This document shows positions 24,972 through 37,650 of a stretch of DNA of 64,000 nucleotides, one piece after another. Each line of letters opens with the position of its first letter. The stretch's first letter is position 1. The stretch lies in contig NC_087437.1 in the NCBI RefSeq assembly GCF_036321535.1, positions 62,870,001 to 62,934,000 on the forward strand, in the 5' to 3' direction. The notes beneath the pieces are model-generated. The model saw nothing but the letters and a program-made list of their open reading frames with translations. It searched no databases and had not been told where the DNA came from. This DNA comes from Camelus dromedarius (lineage: Eukaryota). The position numbers were made by a program, and so were the translations under genes.

Positions 24972-25392
24972 TGTCATGAGTTGAACTGTGTCTCCCCTAA
25001 AATGCATATGTTGTATCCCAACCCTCAGTACCTCAGATATGACCTTATTTAGAAATAGAGTCATTACAGATGCAGTCAGTTAAGAGGAGGTCATTCTGGA
25101 GGAGGGCGGGCCCCCATTCCAAAATGACTGGTGTCCTTAAAGGGTAGGGGGTGGAATCTGGACACAGGCATATATTCAGGGAGAAAGACATGTGAACAAG
25201 AAGACAGCCATCTGTAAGGCAAGGAGAAAGGCCTGGAACAGAGCCTGCCCCCCCAGCCCTCAGAGGGAACCAACCCTGCCATCACCTTGATTTCAGACTT
25301 CCAGCCTCCAGGTCTGTGAGATAATACATTTCTGTCGTTTAAGCCACCCAGCTTGTCAGAGTCTGTTGTATCAGCGCTAACAAACTAATACA
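24972..25392 (+). mobile_element. Solo LTR, MLT1B-like (ERVL-MaLR), complete with TSD
   Basis: TG...CA termini (TGTCATGAGTTGAACTGTG ... AAACTAATACA). CCTCCC on both flanks (24966-24971 and 25393-25398). Typical GACTTCCAGCCTCCAG and TTTAAGCCACCCAG motifs. Confidence 0.88.
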
Positions 25393-25856
25393 CCTCCCAG
25401 ATGAAACACTAGCTCTGACTTCACAGACCAACTTCAATTTCTTCAGCTCCAAGGGACCTGTGGTCCTACTTCGTTTTGATAAAGTCAACTACAGAGGACT
25501 TCTTAATCTTAGGATACACTATTTTTTTCCCAGCAGTATTCAAAAGGAATCTATCAAAATATTCTTCATAAAGCCCTTGCATATCCTTAGATATGTGTGA
25601 GTTTGCAACACCAATATAAAGAAAGCAGAGTGATCAAGACATGGTTTGTGACATTGACATGGTTCATCATTTGCCCTAACAGTCCTTGGCTAGTGTGAAA
25701 TGTGGGTGGGAGCATCACGTCTGTCCATTCCAACCTCTGTAGGTGGTCACGAGGACACAGCAAGCTGACTAAAGGGATGGGAGGCACTGAAAGCCAAGCA
25801 CAGTCAGAAGAGCCTGCCAGTTGGGAGGAGATGCCCTCCCCGCCCCCAAGACATAC

Positions 25857-25975
25857 TCTTTCTTCCGGGCTGACTTCCGCTTCTCTTCATTGACCTCGTG
25901 GTTGGCGTCCCGGAGCTTGACCTCACGATCTGAAAGGCTTGCTGGGATGATGTCCAGCTCCAGGTCCTTGTTATC
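25857..25975 (-). CDS. KALRN: KALRN coding exon, spectrin-DH linker (DNKDLELDIIPASLSDREVKLRDANHEVNEEKRKSARKK[E])
   Basis: 119 nt, tag|GAT...GA|gtatgt, phase 0/2. Confidence 0.97.
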
Positions 25976-26279
25976 CTACACAGAGAGATTGCAGAGGTCA
26001 CCTTGGAGATGCTCAGGGAAAGCAACTCACCAGAGTTGGGGGAGGTGGTGGAGGGGAAAAACAGAAAGATATAATGGAGAAGTATGAGAAAACAGGGAAT
26101 CCCACTAACTGCCACCCACTCTTCTTCAGGGGATAATTTTTTTTTCAAATAAGAAAAGTATGAAATGCTCAGGTCAAATGCTTAGGGCTAATACCCACAA
26201 CAAAGAAAAAAAAATACAAACATATTTGATAATTAGTGTCATATTTCCCAAAGGATTTCGATCTTGATTGTATCTACAA

Positions 26280-26280
<1 letters not shown>

Positions 26281-26310
<30 letters not shown>
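26281..26310. repeat. Interrupted (CA)n microsatellite
   Basis: CACACACACACACACAAACACACACACACA. Confidence 0.9.
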
Positions 26311-27234
26311 TCTAAATTAGTCCAAGATTGCTTAGTAACAGTTAAAACAGCTATGAAACAGATATATAAAGACAAGAAAACTTTCATTTGCCAAGGGAAA
26401 AAATAAAAGTAAATATTTTTATTAAAACAAGCAACTTCTTTTGGAAATAGAAAGCTAAATGATAGAACAATTACTGAATTTTCTAATTACCCTTCCCTAC
26501 TTATTTCAACACTGTTTGGTATTTATATAGGATAAAAACCTCTAGGAAAAAAGTCTCACAGGCTAAAGCCTTGGGGAAACGTTAATTCCCCCAATTGTAG
26601 TGGTTTGACCACTCTACTCTCTAGTCTGCCCTGCTTCAGAGTATGAGCCTATTTAAATTAAAGAATTAGAAATCCTAGGATTAAATTTCCAGCCTATATT
26701 TAGTTCTTAATTCATGGGTTACTGACCCCTATTATAAAGAAGAGATTAAAAGTCAGTCTTCCCTTGCTTCCTGGCAAATAGTACTTCTTTTCAGTTGAAA
26801 TGTCAAATAGACTTTACACAAATTACATCCCTTATTCTTGAAAGAGCACCATTATACATACTGGGGACTCTAATCATTTGCTGATTAACATAATTGGATG
26901 CAAGACTGTTCTGATGAAGCCAAGATAAAGGGTTTAATCCTCAAAGTCAACAGTTAACTCTACATAAAGAAAAACTCAGTTCTGTAGCCATAGCCCCATC
27001 CCTGGCCAGCCAATTTTGCAATATACATATATAGCACCAGTCATGGAGAGCCGGAGGCCAATGACTCAGTAAGATCCAGCCCCTCCACGGGAAAAACCAC
27101 ACAAGGCAAGTGCTCTAGGGGTCAACAGCTGGGAAGATTCCTCTGCAAACCCAGCTTCTCTCCATGGCGATGAGCAGCAGTACTGAGGGAGGTGGGAAGG
27201 GAGGATGTCCCAGCTGGGCAACCCCCACACCTAC

Positions 27235-27417
27235 CTCTGTGTTGACTCCTAGGGCTTTCTCCAGGGAGTACCGGTACTTCCCCATCCGCAAGGAGAAGTC
27301 TCTGTAATGCTTGTCCACCGTGGTCACCCATTTCCTGATCTCCGTAGCGTGAATGTGGCCCTTTTCCACAAAGCTATCGGCCAGCTGAATCAGAAGCTTC
27401 ACCTTCTCCTTTGTTTG
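27235..27417 (-). CDS. KALRN: KALRN coding exon, last spectrin repeat (QTKEKVKLLIQLADSFVEKGHIHATEIRKWVTTVDKHYRDFSLRMGKYRYSLEKALGVNTE)
   Basis: 183 nt, cag|CAA...GAG|gtaggt, phase 0/0. Seen in ORF 27115..27474. Confidence 0.97.
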
Positions 27418-27504
27418 CTGCCCCAAAAGATAGTTGTAAGTTACTAGATTACATTTACTCTCATGGCCCTTCACCCCACCCCTCTTTCCTTCCTCACAGC
27501 AGCC

Positions 27505-28000
27505 AGAGATACCTCAGAGCCAGACTGCCTGGGTTTATATCCCAGTGCTGTCACTAACTGGCTGGGACATCCTGAGCAAACTACTTAAGCCCTCTGTGCC
27601 CCAGTTCCTTTATCTGAAAAATAGGGATCATAATAGTACCTACATTGTAGGGTTGATATGAGCATTACCAGAGCAGACAACGTAGAGTGTGTCTGGAACA
27701 CGGTGCTTACAGTAAGAACTCAGTAAGCAATAAGTATTAGCCAGTATGACTATTGATGTAAGAACCTCTTACAATAATATATTACTTTATCAGTTTACAG
27801 AGTATGTTCATGTCACATCCGAGCCCCATTTGAATCTTAAAGCATCCCTAGGAGGCAGGTGGAGGGAGGTGGTGAGGGGTCTCTCTGAACCACAGATGAA
27901 AAACGCTGAGGCTTAGAGACTTAGGGCTTGTCCAACTTCATACAACCTGTAAGTGATAGCGCCTGTCTGCCTGTGGTCCACAGTTCCTCATTCTCTCCCT
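27505..28000. mobile_element. Two adjacent MIR SINEs in opposite orientations
   Basis: GAGCCAGACTGCCTGGGTT..CTCTGTGCCCCAGTTCCTT..AATAGTACCTAC, followed by CACAGATGAAAAACGCTGAGGCTTAGAGA. Confidence 0.7.
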
Positions 28001-30614
28001 GCACTGTCCTGGTCTGAAGCAGGTTTTCTAGACATCAGTGAGTTAGCATGCCAGGATCTAAAAAAACCCAACTACCAGATTTAAGGGTAAAGTCTGTTCC
28101 TTTCACCACCAAGATATTGTCTTTAGTTACTATGAGAGAGAGAGAAAGAGAGGTGGGGAGGAGGGAGAGGGAGAGTGGGAGAGAGAGACTTAACGAAGTT
28201 AGCATCCATTACAGGGCTAATGGAGTGGAGCCCTGACATTTATTGGGTTAGTTTAATTTCTAACAAGAGTGTCTTTAACACCTACTCTGTCTACAGCACT
28301 GTGCAGAGAGATGTGGGGACAGCCTTGGGGGGTAAACAAAAGAAGAAAAAGAGGTCTTCATTTTCTGCAGACAGTCTATACCTCCATAGAGACAAGATTT
28401 TCACACAGAGTGGTTAAATAACTCAGGGCATTGTGTAACTGAATATTGGAATGAGAAGTATGTATAGTTAACATCGCAAGAATTTTAAAACCGGAAAAAA
28501 ACGAAGGTGGGCTGACAGGGGCAGGAAAGGTCTCAGGGGGGAGGCAGGACGCACGCTGGGTGAGATATTAAACTGGAGAGGTTGTCCCAACAAGCAAACG
28601 CTTGCTCATCTTTCATCTTAAGTTTGGGTTTTGAAACTCTAAAACCTATCAAGAAAGCCTGATAGATTTAATTTAAGAGAAAGGAAAGAATATTTAAATA
28701 ATATTCCAAGAAGTAATCTTTTATCTTTTGGAATGAGGGGAAGGTAGGTCCAAGGTTTGGATCATGCTACAATCTGCATAAGTGAGGGAATCTGAGGCAG
28801 AAAAATCACCGGAGCAACAGTAGAAAAGACAGAAGAGCCTCTCTTTCTTTATGCCTCACCTTTCCAGGCTCATCTACAGCCCCTCTCATGAGAGATTAAT
28901 CCTCTCAAAGAATGTGAGCGCTTTCTGACGGGAGGCAAGTGGAGAGGACTTGACCTGACACACGGCCAGGGCTCTAGCTCTCCAGCAACTCACTCAACAC
29001 ATCTCAGCCTCTCCTCTCTCAGGACAGTGGGCTGGTACCCAGGGCTGGGAGGCAAGGAGCTTTGGTGTGAAGGAAAGAAGGTGGGTGTGAGGACAGGAGA
29101 AACACCTCCCTAACCACAAAAAGGCAAAGAATAATAGCATTGGGAATTGGTTAATAAAAGATATCTGGTGTTCCAAGGACTTCGATCTTAGCGCATTTAG
29201 GGCTTTTTTCCCTCTCTGAAAACAATTTTTCTTAGGTTTGTTATTTACTTAAAACAGAGGTAAACCTTTGTAGCTATAATCAAGAAATCCAGCTTTATAG
29301 AAAAGACTTGGAAATACATATTTATTCTCTGCTCTTGGTAAGGAGACTTGAACAGGAGATGGAGTTTTATAAAAGCCAATTGGTGGCAGCAGTCCTACCA
29401 GAGCAGCCCTATCAGAGGAAACTATATCCTGAAACATCAAAGCTAGGGAAGAAGGGAAGCTAAGTCATGGGTGGTGGTCGTGTATCCCTGATCCCCTCCG
29501 ATGAGCTGACCAGGTGACGCGGCTGCTGGAACTGCCCTTGGTCCCGGGCGACATCCCAGTTCTCAACTCCAGAGGTGAGACCATGCCACATGTCTTGTTC
29601 TTCCTGTGAGGCTGAGTCACTCAGCTTTTTCTGGGCTCCTGAGAGGTCCTACCGCATACCTTCTGTCTTCTTTATTCCCACATACAGCCATACAATAGCT
29701 TTTCCCCTCCGTAACCTGAGCCAGTTTGAAACTCAAGTCTTGCCACCAGGAAGAGTGACTTATATAGACAGATAAAGGGGGGTCAGACGTGCTTGTGTGT
29801 TAGATTCAGAAGTATGGACACAAACTTGTGGGCAAAGGGAGGGTATAATTCATTTGGGCCTGGAAATTTGGAGCTGACATCTCACTTATCTTGGGCTTCT
29901 TGTGTCCCCTAATGTGTATTTTGCCCTTTCATTTTGACTTCTATGGTATCTGCTGGGAAAGACAGAGGTGATAAATACAAGTTCAGTAGTTCTGTTTTTC
30001 TTTTTCTTTCTCCTCCTTCCTTCGATCAGTAAATATGACACCATCTTCCTCTAATCAGAGAACCTTACTCTGAATGCAGTTTGTAAAAAGCCCTTCTGGT
30101 GTCTTCAGGATATCTCATTAAGTCTTTAAAATTTAGCCTTTTTGATATTATTCTTATAATCTCATTATAATCTTCCAATTGGCCTTGCATTGCCGATATG
30201 ACCCTTGTATGTACTGACACATTCTTTTTAGGTATAACTTATTGAGCTCCCTGTGTGAGTGAACAGTTTCTTGAGATGTATCTTCATATACATTCCACAC
30301 AGGAGAGAGTTTGTCAATATACAAGCATGAAAAAGTAAACTTTTCAAAAATGTCCACCACACAGGAGCTACAGAAACAGAAACACGTCCATCTTTTATCT
30401 GAACTGCTTAGACTCTACTTTTCTCATAGAAAGTGTGTCTCTGACAAGCCCAGGGTTCCCTTTTGCTGGCTATCTGAATTCCAAGACATAATTTAGTTCA
30501 GCTAAGGCTCCAGTCACTTTCATTACCACCTAATTCTCTTTTGTTAAGAAGTATTTAGTCCATTTATATCAGAGCTTCTTTCAATTTCAGAGAGAAAATA
30601 ATCAGTTTAAAAAA

Positions 30615-30870
30615 GTGTTTTCTCAACATCATCTCTCACTGAGAAATGTAAATAAAAACCACGGTGAGATACGACTTAACACCCTCTAGCATGGCTATAT
30701 AAAAAGACAGCTGATAGCCCGCGCTGGAGAGGATGTGGAGAAGTCAGAACTCTGATACACTGCAGGGGGAATGTAAAATGGGGTACACACCTTGGGAAAC
30801 CGTTTGGCATTTCCTCAGAAAGTTAATACAGAGTCAGCACATGACCCAACCATTCCACCCTCAGGTATTA
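30615..30870 (+). mobile_element. L1 ORF2 3' fragment
   Basis: AAATGTAAATAAAAACCACGGTGAGATAC...GGAGAGGATGTGGAGAAG...CATGACCCAACCATTCCAC. Confidence 0.75.
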
Positions 30871-31439
30871 TCATTTTTATTCTTACATTTGTGCATTGCT
30901 ATATAGAAAGTACCTTTTTATATTCAGTGTTTCTTCTACTTGATCTACTTCTTTGGAGCAGAGTATAATACTTTAATATACTCAGTATACTTTATTGCCT
31001 TGCTCATTCATAAGGTCCACCATACTTACTGTCTTATGGTTTAAGGTCAATTTGGTTTTCATTTCAAATTCACTTTATTGGTCATAAGACTAAAACCAAA
31101 GATGGCTGGCTAAGAAAGATTTGCTTCGAGGAAGTGGGACTGGGTGAGGCACGAGGTTATTGCTTTTCATCAGAAACTCTCCAGCTGGGTTTGTTATCTT
31201 GTAGATATTCTCATAACAAATAGCCTTGAGACTTGGATATGATAGCTGGGAGGATGACAGACATCCCATTAACAGAAATAGTTAAGAGGGAGAGAGAACA
31301 GACAGAGAGCCAAAGGAAAAGAATCATACTAAGAAGAGATTTGGGGAGGAAGTGTTGTTGAAACCTACCACAACTTATTTCCCCTATGTTCCCAAATATC
31401 TGTAATCTCCCTTCAATGCAAAAGATACTGTTAGGTAAG

Positions 31440-32050
31440 TGAATAAAGCATAGTTCTTGTCCTTGTGGGACAACACTGCACAGAGATCACTGGGAGAACA
31501 GGACAGTCCATGCCTGGTGCCTTGAGGGTTATACCGACCACAGCTGCAGCACAGAGCCAGGCCAGATGGTACCCTGGCAGGTATGCAGGATCACACAGGA
31601 GGAGCCACTGAGGTAGAAAGGTGGGATCTTTTTAAAAGGTAAAAACTAGAGGGAAGGGATGGGTATTCTAGGCAGAGAAAAAGAAATGGTACAGAGACAA
31701 GAAAGGAAATGTTGGATCCCTCAGAGGGCATAAAATTTGCACAAACAAATAACTGAAGACACAGCTGGGGCAGGAAGGTGGCACAGTTGTAGAAGTTGTT
31801 GAGTGTCAGCCTGAAGGCACCGGAGAATCATTAAAGTTCTTGAGCTAGGTGGTCATAGCCCAAAGGAGTGTCTTAAAGATGAACACCAGTGAAGGGCAGG
31901 AAGGATTGGAAGGAAGGAAAGGGAAAAGCATGGAACCCAATTATGGTGGTAAGAATGTGAGTAGAAAAGAGAAAGACAGGAAGAGGATGGATGAATTGCA
32001 AAGGAAGGATAAGTTAAACTGACTAAATGATTCTCCACATTTCCTCTTTG
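31440..32050 (-). mobile_element. L2 LINE remnant
   Basis: Degenerate L2-like text (GGGTATTCTAGGCAGAG, GAATCATTAAAGTTCTTGAGCTAGG, TAAATGATT). Confidence 0.5.
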
Positions 32051-33303
32051 GTTAGGGCAGAGTCTGATCCTAGGAAGCTCTGGGTATCTGCTGTGATCCA
32101 TCCTTTGTGAGTAGGAACACCAGTGGGCCTGATTCCATTCAGCCTATGCATGGGTCATTGTTGACATTAATTGGAGAGGGAAAGAGAGATGCAAAGTGGG
32201 TGATTCAAAACCATTTTCACTTGGATTTGGAAAGGGTTCTGTGCATCTGCCACCTTCCTAGTGCTGTTTGCTCTAGCTGGTAGTGAGATGGGTCTCTTAT
32301 CTGCACTGACAGCTTCTCACATTGCGTGAAGAGGTCCAAAAGCTCGCGAGCATGCAGGGAAGGTTCCCCACTACCAGGACTTCACAGTGTAGGAGTTACA
32401 AAGTGGATAAGCACTTCTGAAATACTAGCTCTGGAATGAGGCTAAAGGCCTAATTTTGTTGCAGCAAATTAGAGGGACTATTGCTGTAGTGTCTGAGGAT
32501 CTCTGGGTAAGACAGGTATTCCCACAAAAGCAGATCTCCCCCTGGGAAGAGCATCTGTCATGCGTGGCAGTGATGCCAAGAAAGGTCCTCTGTGGCTGGG
32601 AGCCCAGCATGAGGGACAAGGATGCTACAAAGAGGGAACTGAGACAGATCAGATTTCATTCAAATCCAAGCATCCTCAGATCAAATCCTGGCTGTGAGAA
32701 CAGATGAAAAGGAGATTTCCTCCCATGACAGCATTGTCCCCCTCAGTGTGAACAGGGGCGTGAGGGTGTGTGGTATGTGCACCAGTGCGTGTTTTGCTCC
32801 CCAGAGACCCCAGCCTGGCTCATCTGCAGGGCTGAGGCCAGATGGAAGTCATCAGCTCCAGAACTAAACTCACCTGCCTTGTGAACCCACCCATGGCCAC
32901 TGGCCCTTCCCATAAGGTGGATGTCCTAAGCCATTCAAATGCCAAGAATCCACGGCTGGGTGCAGATCTTCCCACAAGCAATGTGCATTTCACACAAATG
33001 CGTTCCCTCGCCATATTTGGTCTGAGAGAACACAGCAGATTCCAGAGTGTGAAGCACGAAGATGAGCACTGTTTGGAAGCACAGCATGCAGGAGCTGATT
33101 TCCTGCCTGCAGAGCCTCTGCCCAGCAGCTGCAGCTCTTTGGATGTTGAGGTTTCCAAGGAGATGATCCTACCTGTGCTTCCCCCCATGCCTCTGTGGTC
33201 AAGCCCTTCTGCATATAGAGGCTGTTCTCCCTTCCACAATGTGAGACTGACCAGCCCGGGCAGTGCTGTGTGGATGTGGGGAAGGCTCTGGGATGCTTCC
33301 TAC

Positions 33304-33426
33304 CTTGGCAGGCACCCTGAATTCCCCATATTCTTTCAGCAGTTCCTGAGTTTCCTCTGTGGTCTCTCCAGTGGAGGTATGTGTTGAGAGGTAATATTCA
33401 CCTGTTTCTTGGATCCAGTCTAGCGC
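33304..33426 (-). CDS. KALRN: KALRN coding exon, spectrin repeat (ALDWIQETGEYYLSTHTSTGETTEETQELLKEYGEFRVPAK)
   Basis: 123 nt, cag|GCG...AAG|gtagga, phase 0/0. Confidence 0.97.
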
Positions 33427-33928
33427 CTGTGGGAGGAAACAATCCACTCAGTGCCCCTGAAAGCCAGCTGTTAGCAGGAAAACATGCTAATGGTCTGATG
33501 TGAAGGTTTGTGATTTGGGACAACATGATGGATCTGGGAAATGCTGGCATGATTCCATCAGTACTTAGTCTGGAAGTTAATGTTATGAATGAGCCCTCCC
33601 TTGTTAGACCTGGAACATCCCACCAGCAAAGAGAGTGTCTTGTTCATTAATGGGGAATCTTCGAGGCCAGGCCCAGTATCACCCATGAGTTAGTAACAAT
33701 CTGCCCCCAGCATCTTCTCCCAACTCCTGGTACCAAACTCTGAAGAGAGTGCTTGGTGAAGGCTGAATGCCTGGTCAGTGACAGCCTGTTTTTCCCTCTC
33801 CTCATCCCCACCTCCCATCTCTACTCCGCCTCTGCTCTGACCCTCTTCTGGACTGCCCCAGTCTTGGTCACCTGGGCCTCTGCATGGCCCCCAGAACTGA
33901 GGCGAAGTAGGGAAAGCTCTGAACATAC

Positions 33929-34044
33929 CTGCTTAGCGCTTCTCTCAAACACCACGTATTGCTGGCACTGGTCTAACCGCCGCTTCTTCAAGGTCCAGAA
34001 GTGCAGGACACGATTCTCCCTCTGTAAGAGCTCACTCAAGATGG
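33929..34044 (-). CDS. KALRN: KALRN coding exon, spectrin repeat ([A]ILSELLQRENRVLHFWTLKKRRLDQCQQYVVFERSAKQ)
   Basis: 116 nt, cag|CC ATC...CAG|gtatgt, phase 1/0. Confidence 0.97.
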
Positions 34045-34959
34045 CTGCAGGGCAGAGACGGGCACTGGTCACAGGAAGGCCCTGAACAAATCTGACCAAC
34101 CGCTTCAGCCCCACATCCCAGGTGCCAGATAACTGTGACCTTCAAGCCTCCCCACAGGACTAATCCAGGCACCAGAAGCAAGGGAGCAATCGCTCAGTCC
34201 AGAGAGAATTTCCCAGGGGAGAGACGATCAGGAGGTCTGGGAAGAGGACCTGGTGATGAGGTTCCATCAATAAAGGGGGAAGAGGATGTCCCCAGGGTGA
34301 CTTAAAAGTGACCCTGATTCTCTTCACACCAAAGCTAGTCCTTGATGGTAAGAGACCTCGGGAAGTGTAGGTTCCCAAAATAATAACTAATTCAACTGTA
34401 GCCTCGGAGAGCGAAAGGACCTGACAGGGATCCCAGGCATTCCTGAGGGGTTCTCAGAGAGGGAGGGAGGGAGCAGAGGGCTGAGGACTGGGATGACTGC
34501 ATGGATGACCCACATCACAGACCACACTCTCTGCCCTGTACGAGAGGCCGTGCGCTCAGCACTCTAACATCAGAACCTCAATCTTAACACTTCCGAATTG
34601 TGGGCAGAGGGAAGCTGTGTTGGAATCATGTCACCACGGAGTCATGTCTCTAGGCCCAAATTTCCATGTTGTTTTAGAACTGATCATAAAACAAGCTAAA
34701 ATCTGTCCCTCATGTTACCTCTAATGACAGTGAGTGTGAGGATGTGCATGTCGGCCGGTAGCCCCACGGTGGGCCATGGGAGGCGCTATGCGCGTCATCA
34801 TCCCCACTACTTCTCCTGTTGTTCTAGGAGCTGCGTGGACAGATTTCCTAAGGGTTTAACAGTATGTTCGAAGCTTGAAGCAATCAAATTTACTTTGTAT
34901 TGTTTGTCTTCTTCTGCTTCCTGTTAAGTGCATTATATACTAATAAAATACACAATAAT

Positions 34960-35170
34960 GATGCTATGAAAAATAATGTCTATTAAGTGCTCACTATGTG
35001 GCAGGTGCATATTTTCACAGCACCTCATGATGCATGTACTACTGTTATCTCCATTTTACAGACGAAGAAACTGAGGCTTAGAGAAGATGGTTACCTTGCC
35101 CAGGGTCATTCAGACAGAAAAGGGTGGAGCTGCTTGACTTCAGAGCCCGAGTTCTTAGCCACTTTGGTCT
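34960..35170. mobile_element. MIR SINE
   Basis: CTCCATTTTACAGACGAAGAAACTGAGGCTTAGAGA..CTTGCCCAGGGTCA. Confidence 0.8.
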
Positions 35171-35354
35171 CCTAGGTCACCGGAGCTCGAAAGCACAAGT
35201 TACTGTGCTCTATGAATAGGACCCAACCCAAACTGCAGTGCTTGTACTTAGAAGTTTTTTGTTGATTTTGTGTACCTTTCATGCCCCATGGAAGTCTGAC
35301 TCTCTAAGGATAGAATCTGTCTCTCCTCTCTTAGGCTGAGAGCTTTTATGGGTC

Positions 35355-35850
35355 CCAATTATTCACCCTTATCATGTAACTTTTTAATTTCTCCCCAAAG
35401 GGACAAAGGGTACTCATTAACCCCTGACCTTGGACCCCATCATGTGACTTGCTCTGTCACACGGGTTGTTAATAGATAGGACCCAGGTGGGGTTTGAAGT
35501 GTGCTTGTGCTTGTGACCTTGCCCTTTGTACTTCTGCCATCACCACTATAAGAAGTTCTCCTGGGTAACTGCTGTCCCTTCAAGCAAGGTCCCAGAATTA
35601 ATTCCACAGAGCAGACAAGAACCCAACCTGCAGTGAAGGAGCCAAGCCAGCCATACCTGTAGCCTCAAGCAGAACCACATTGCTAAGCCCAGCCAAGACT
35701 GCTGGTCCCCAGCCAATGCACAGTCACCTGAACAACAAATGCTTACAGTTGTTGGCCTCTGAATTTTTGTGGTCGTTATATAGCAATAATTGCCCGTGTA
35801 ACAAAAACTTAAAATAAGTGGCATTGGTTTTGGGCCCAGGCAACAGGCAA
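35355..35850 (+). mobile_element. MLT1 (H/I/J-like) LTR followed by a short MaLR internal fragment
   Basis: CATGTGACTTGCT, CTTCTGCCATCACCA, AGCCCAGCC; then GTAACAAAAACTTAAAATAAGTGGCATTGGTTTTGG, resembling the start of MLT-int. Confidence 0.65.
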
Positions 35851-36721
35851 AAGGAAAGGGATATAGGAGAGATTATAGGTCCCTGCTCAGGTGGAGGCTT
35901 CAACTGGGCACAGACAGTGGGAACCTATGTTTCCTCTAGTCTTTTTTCCTCCTAGTCCAAGCTTTGTTTATTGAGGTCCCTCTATGGTGGCTGAATCAAC
36001 CCAGCTCAGGTGAAAATCCTAATGAGTCTCAGGTTTTACTTTTGCCCCTTCTTGAAAGGCTTCCTGTGGGTAAACCCTGTCCAGGCCCCACGAAGCTGTA
36101 GCACACCCTGCTCTCTCTGGGTGGCCACCTCTCTTGGGAGGAGCTGGGGCGTGCACTCTCAGCAGGCAGCTGGCCTCACCCAAGCTGCCACCTGCATTTG
36201 GACATCAGAACATATGCTTTGAAAATATGTAGGAAGGGGAAGGTGACATAATACCAGCCTCTTAGCCATAAATAAGGCAGCACATCTGGAAAAGGAATTC
36301 TGCTTCCCTCTCCTATGCAGGGAACTTTGATTCCTAAGTTTAATTCTTCCCAGTGGCCTCTGATCTTCCCACCTCCTGGGATCTCTGAGCAGGAGAGAGG
36401 CCCTTCCTAAACAAGATCAGAGCCTCCCATTGTCCACTCGCAGCTCTCCAAGACTGTCCGAACTCCTCACTCCAAGTCAGTGTCACTTCCCTCCCTAGCC
36501 TCTGTCTCCGGGGTTGCATTTCTCTGCTGTGTCAAGATGACATTTGTTAAATTCTTCACCCACTCAAAGGCTAATTTCTGCAAGGTCTCGAGTATGTGAG
36601 TCCACCAATAATAATTTAAGCTTAACGTGGTCAGCTAATGAGCAATTTTAAAGGTTACTGACTTTTTCCCCATACAATTATAGACTTTATAGACTTCAGA
36701 GAGATATTAGAGATTATCTAG

Positions 36722-36902
36722 GCCAGCACTTAATTAAATTTTATGTGCACAAAAATCACCTGGTTGGGGTTGGATGGGGTAGTTCTTGCCAAAATGCAGG
36801 TTCTGATTCAGTAGGTTTAAGTGGGGCCTGAGATTATGTTTCTTGCAAGCTCCCAAGTGATGCCAGTGCTGCTGGTCTGGGGACCACATTTTGAGCATCA
36901 AG
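36722..36902. mobile_element. MER5A-like element inserted in a MIR3-like remnant
   Basis: AATCACCTGG..AAAATGCAGGTTCTGATTCAGTAGGT..GTGGGGCCTGAGA..GGACCACATTTTGAG. Flanks ATCTAGGC / GTCTAGAC. Confidence 0.75.
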
Positions 36903-37535
36903 AGTCTAGACATCGTCTTTCATTTTTAAATAAGAAAACCTTTCCCTCTATTTTGCAGCTGTTATTAAGTTATAGTGAAAAATAAATTCATTATTTAAGA
37001 ATAATTAAAAAAGAAAACTGAAGTTTTAAAAACTTAGGCAGAAGGTAATAAACACAGGATTAGAATGTGGTTTTATGATTCTCAGTCCCTGCCTTATTCC
37101 CAGGCTGTGAGATACCTCAGTCTTGTGCTATTCAGTGTCAGCCACATTTGGCTATTATGTCATAGTCCCTTAGTTGCACTAGGCACATCTCAAATGCTCA
37201 ACAGCCACATGTGACTAGTGGCTATGATACTGGCATGTAAAGCTGTGTAGACCATTTATTCTATTAATATTTGTCCTATTAATTCTGTTAGCGCTGCTCT
37301 AGATGCTAAGATAAATGGAAAAGCTTTGGGGAAATTTTTATCGTCATGTTTCCATTCCAAATCTTGATGCATGTTAAAAAGTTGCCCATGACTCGCCACT
37401 GCCCATACATCCCACACCACACTTTCTCTTCTCCAGGCAGAAGGACCGGGAAATCTGAGGTGGCGTGGAGACCAGGTACACAGCCGCTGGTCTGGGCGGC
37501 CGACGTGGCTCGAGGCCAGCGGGGCTCAGACTGAC

Positions 37536-37650
37536 CTTTCACTTGCTGCTCAGGTCCTCTGGTGTGGCTGGCGGCGCTGGGCATGCTGACGTTGTTCCTG
37601 TGGATGTACTTGAGAAACACCTCAGCGTTCCGCCGCGCCAGGGTGCAGGC
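37536..37650 (-). CDS. KALRN: KALRN coding exon, spectrin repeat (ACTLARRNAEVFLKYIHRNNVSMPSAASHTRGPEQQVK)
   Basis: 115 nt, cag|GCC...AAA G|gtcagt, phase 0/1. Confidence 0.97.

Noticed and set aside
32820..33387. 181-aa (+) and 139-aa (-) ORFs
   Set aside because: No recognisable protein. The + ORF is partly the antisense of a KALRN exon, so chance open frames are the simplest explanation.
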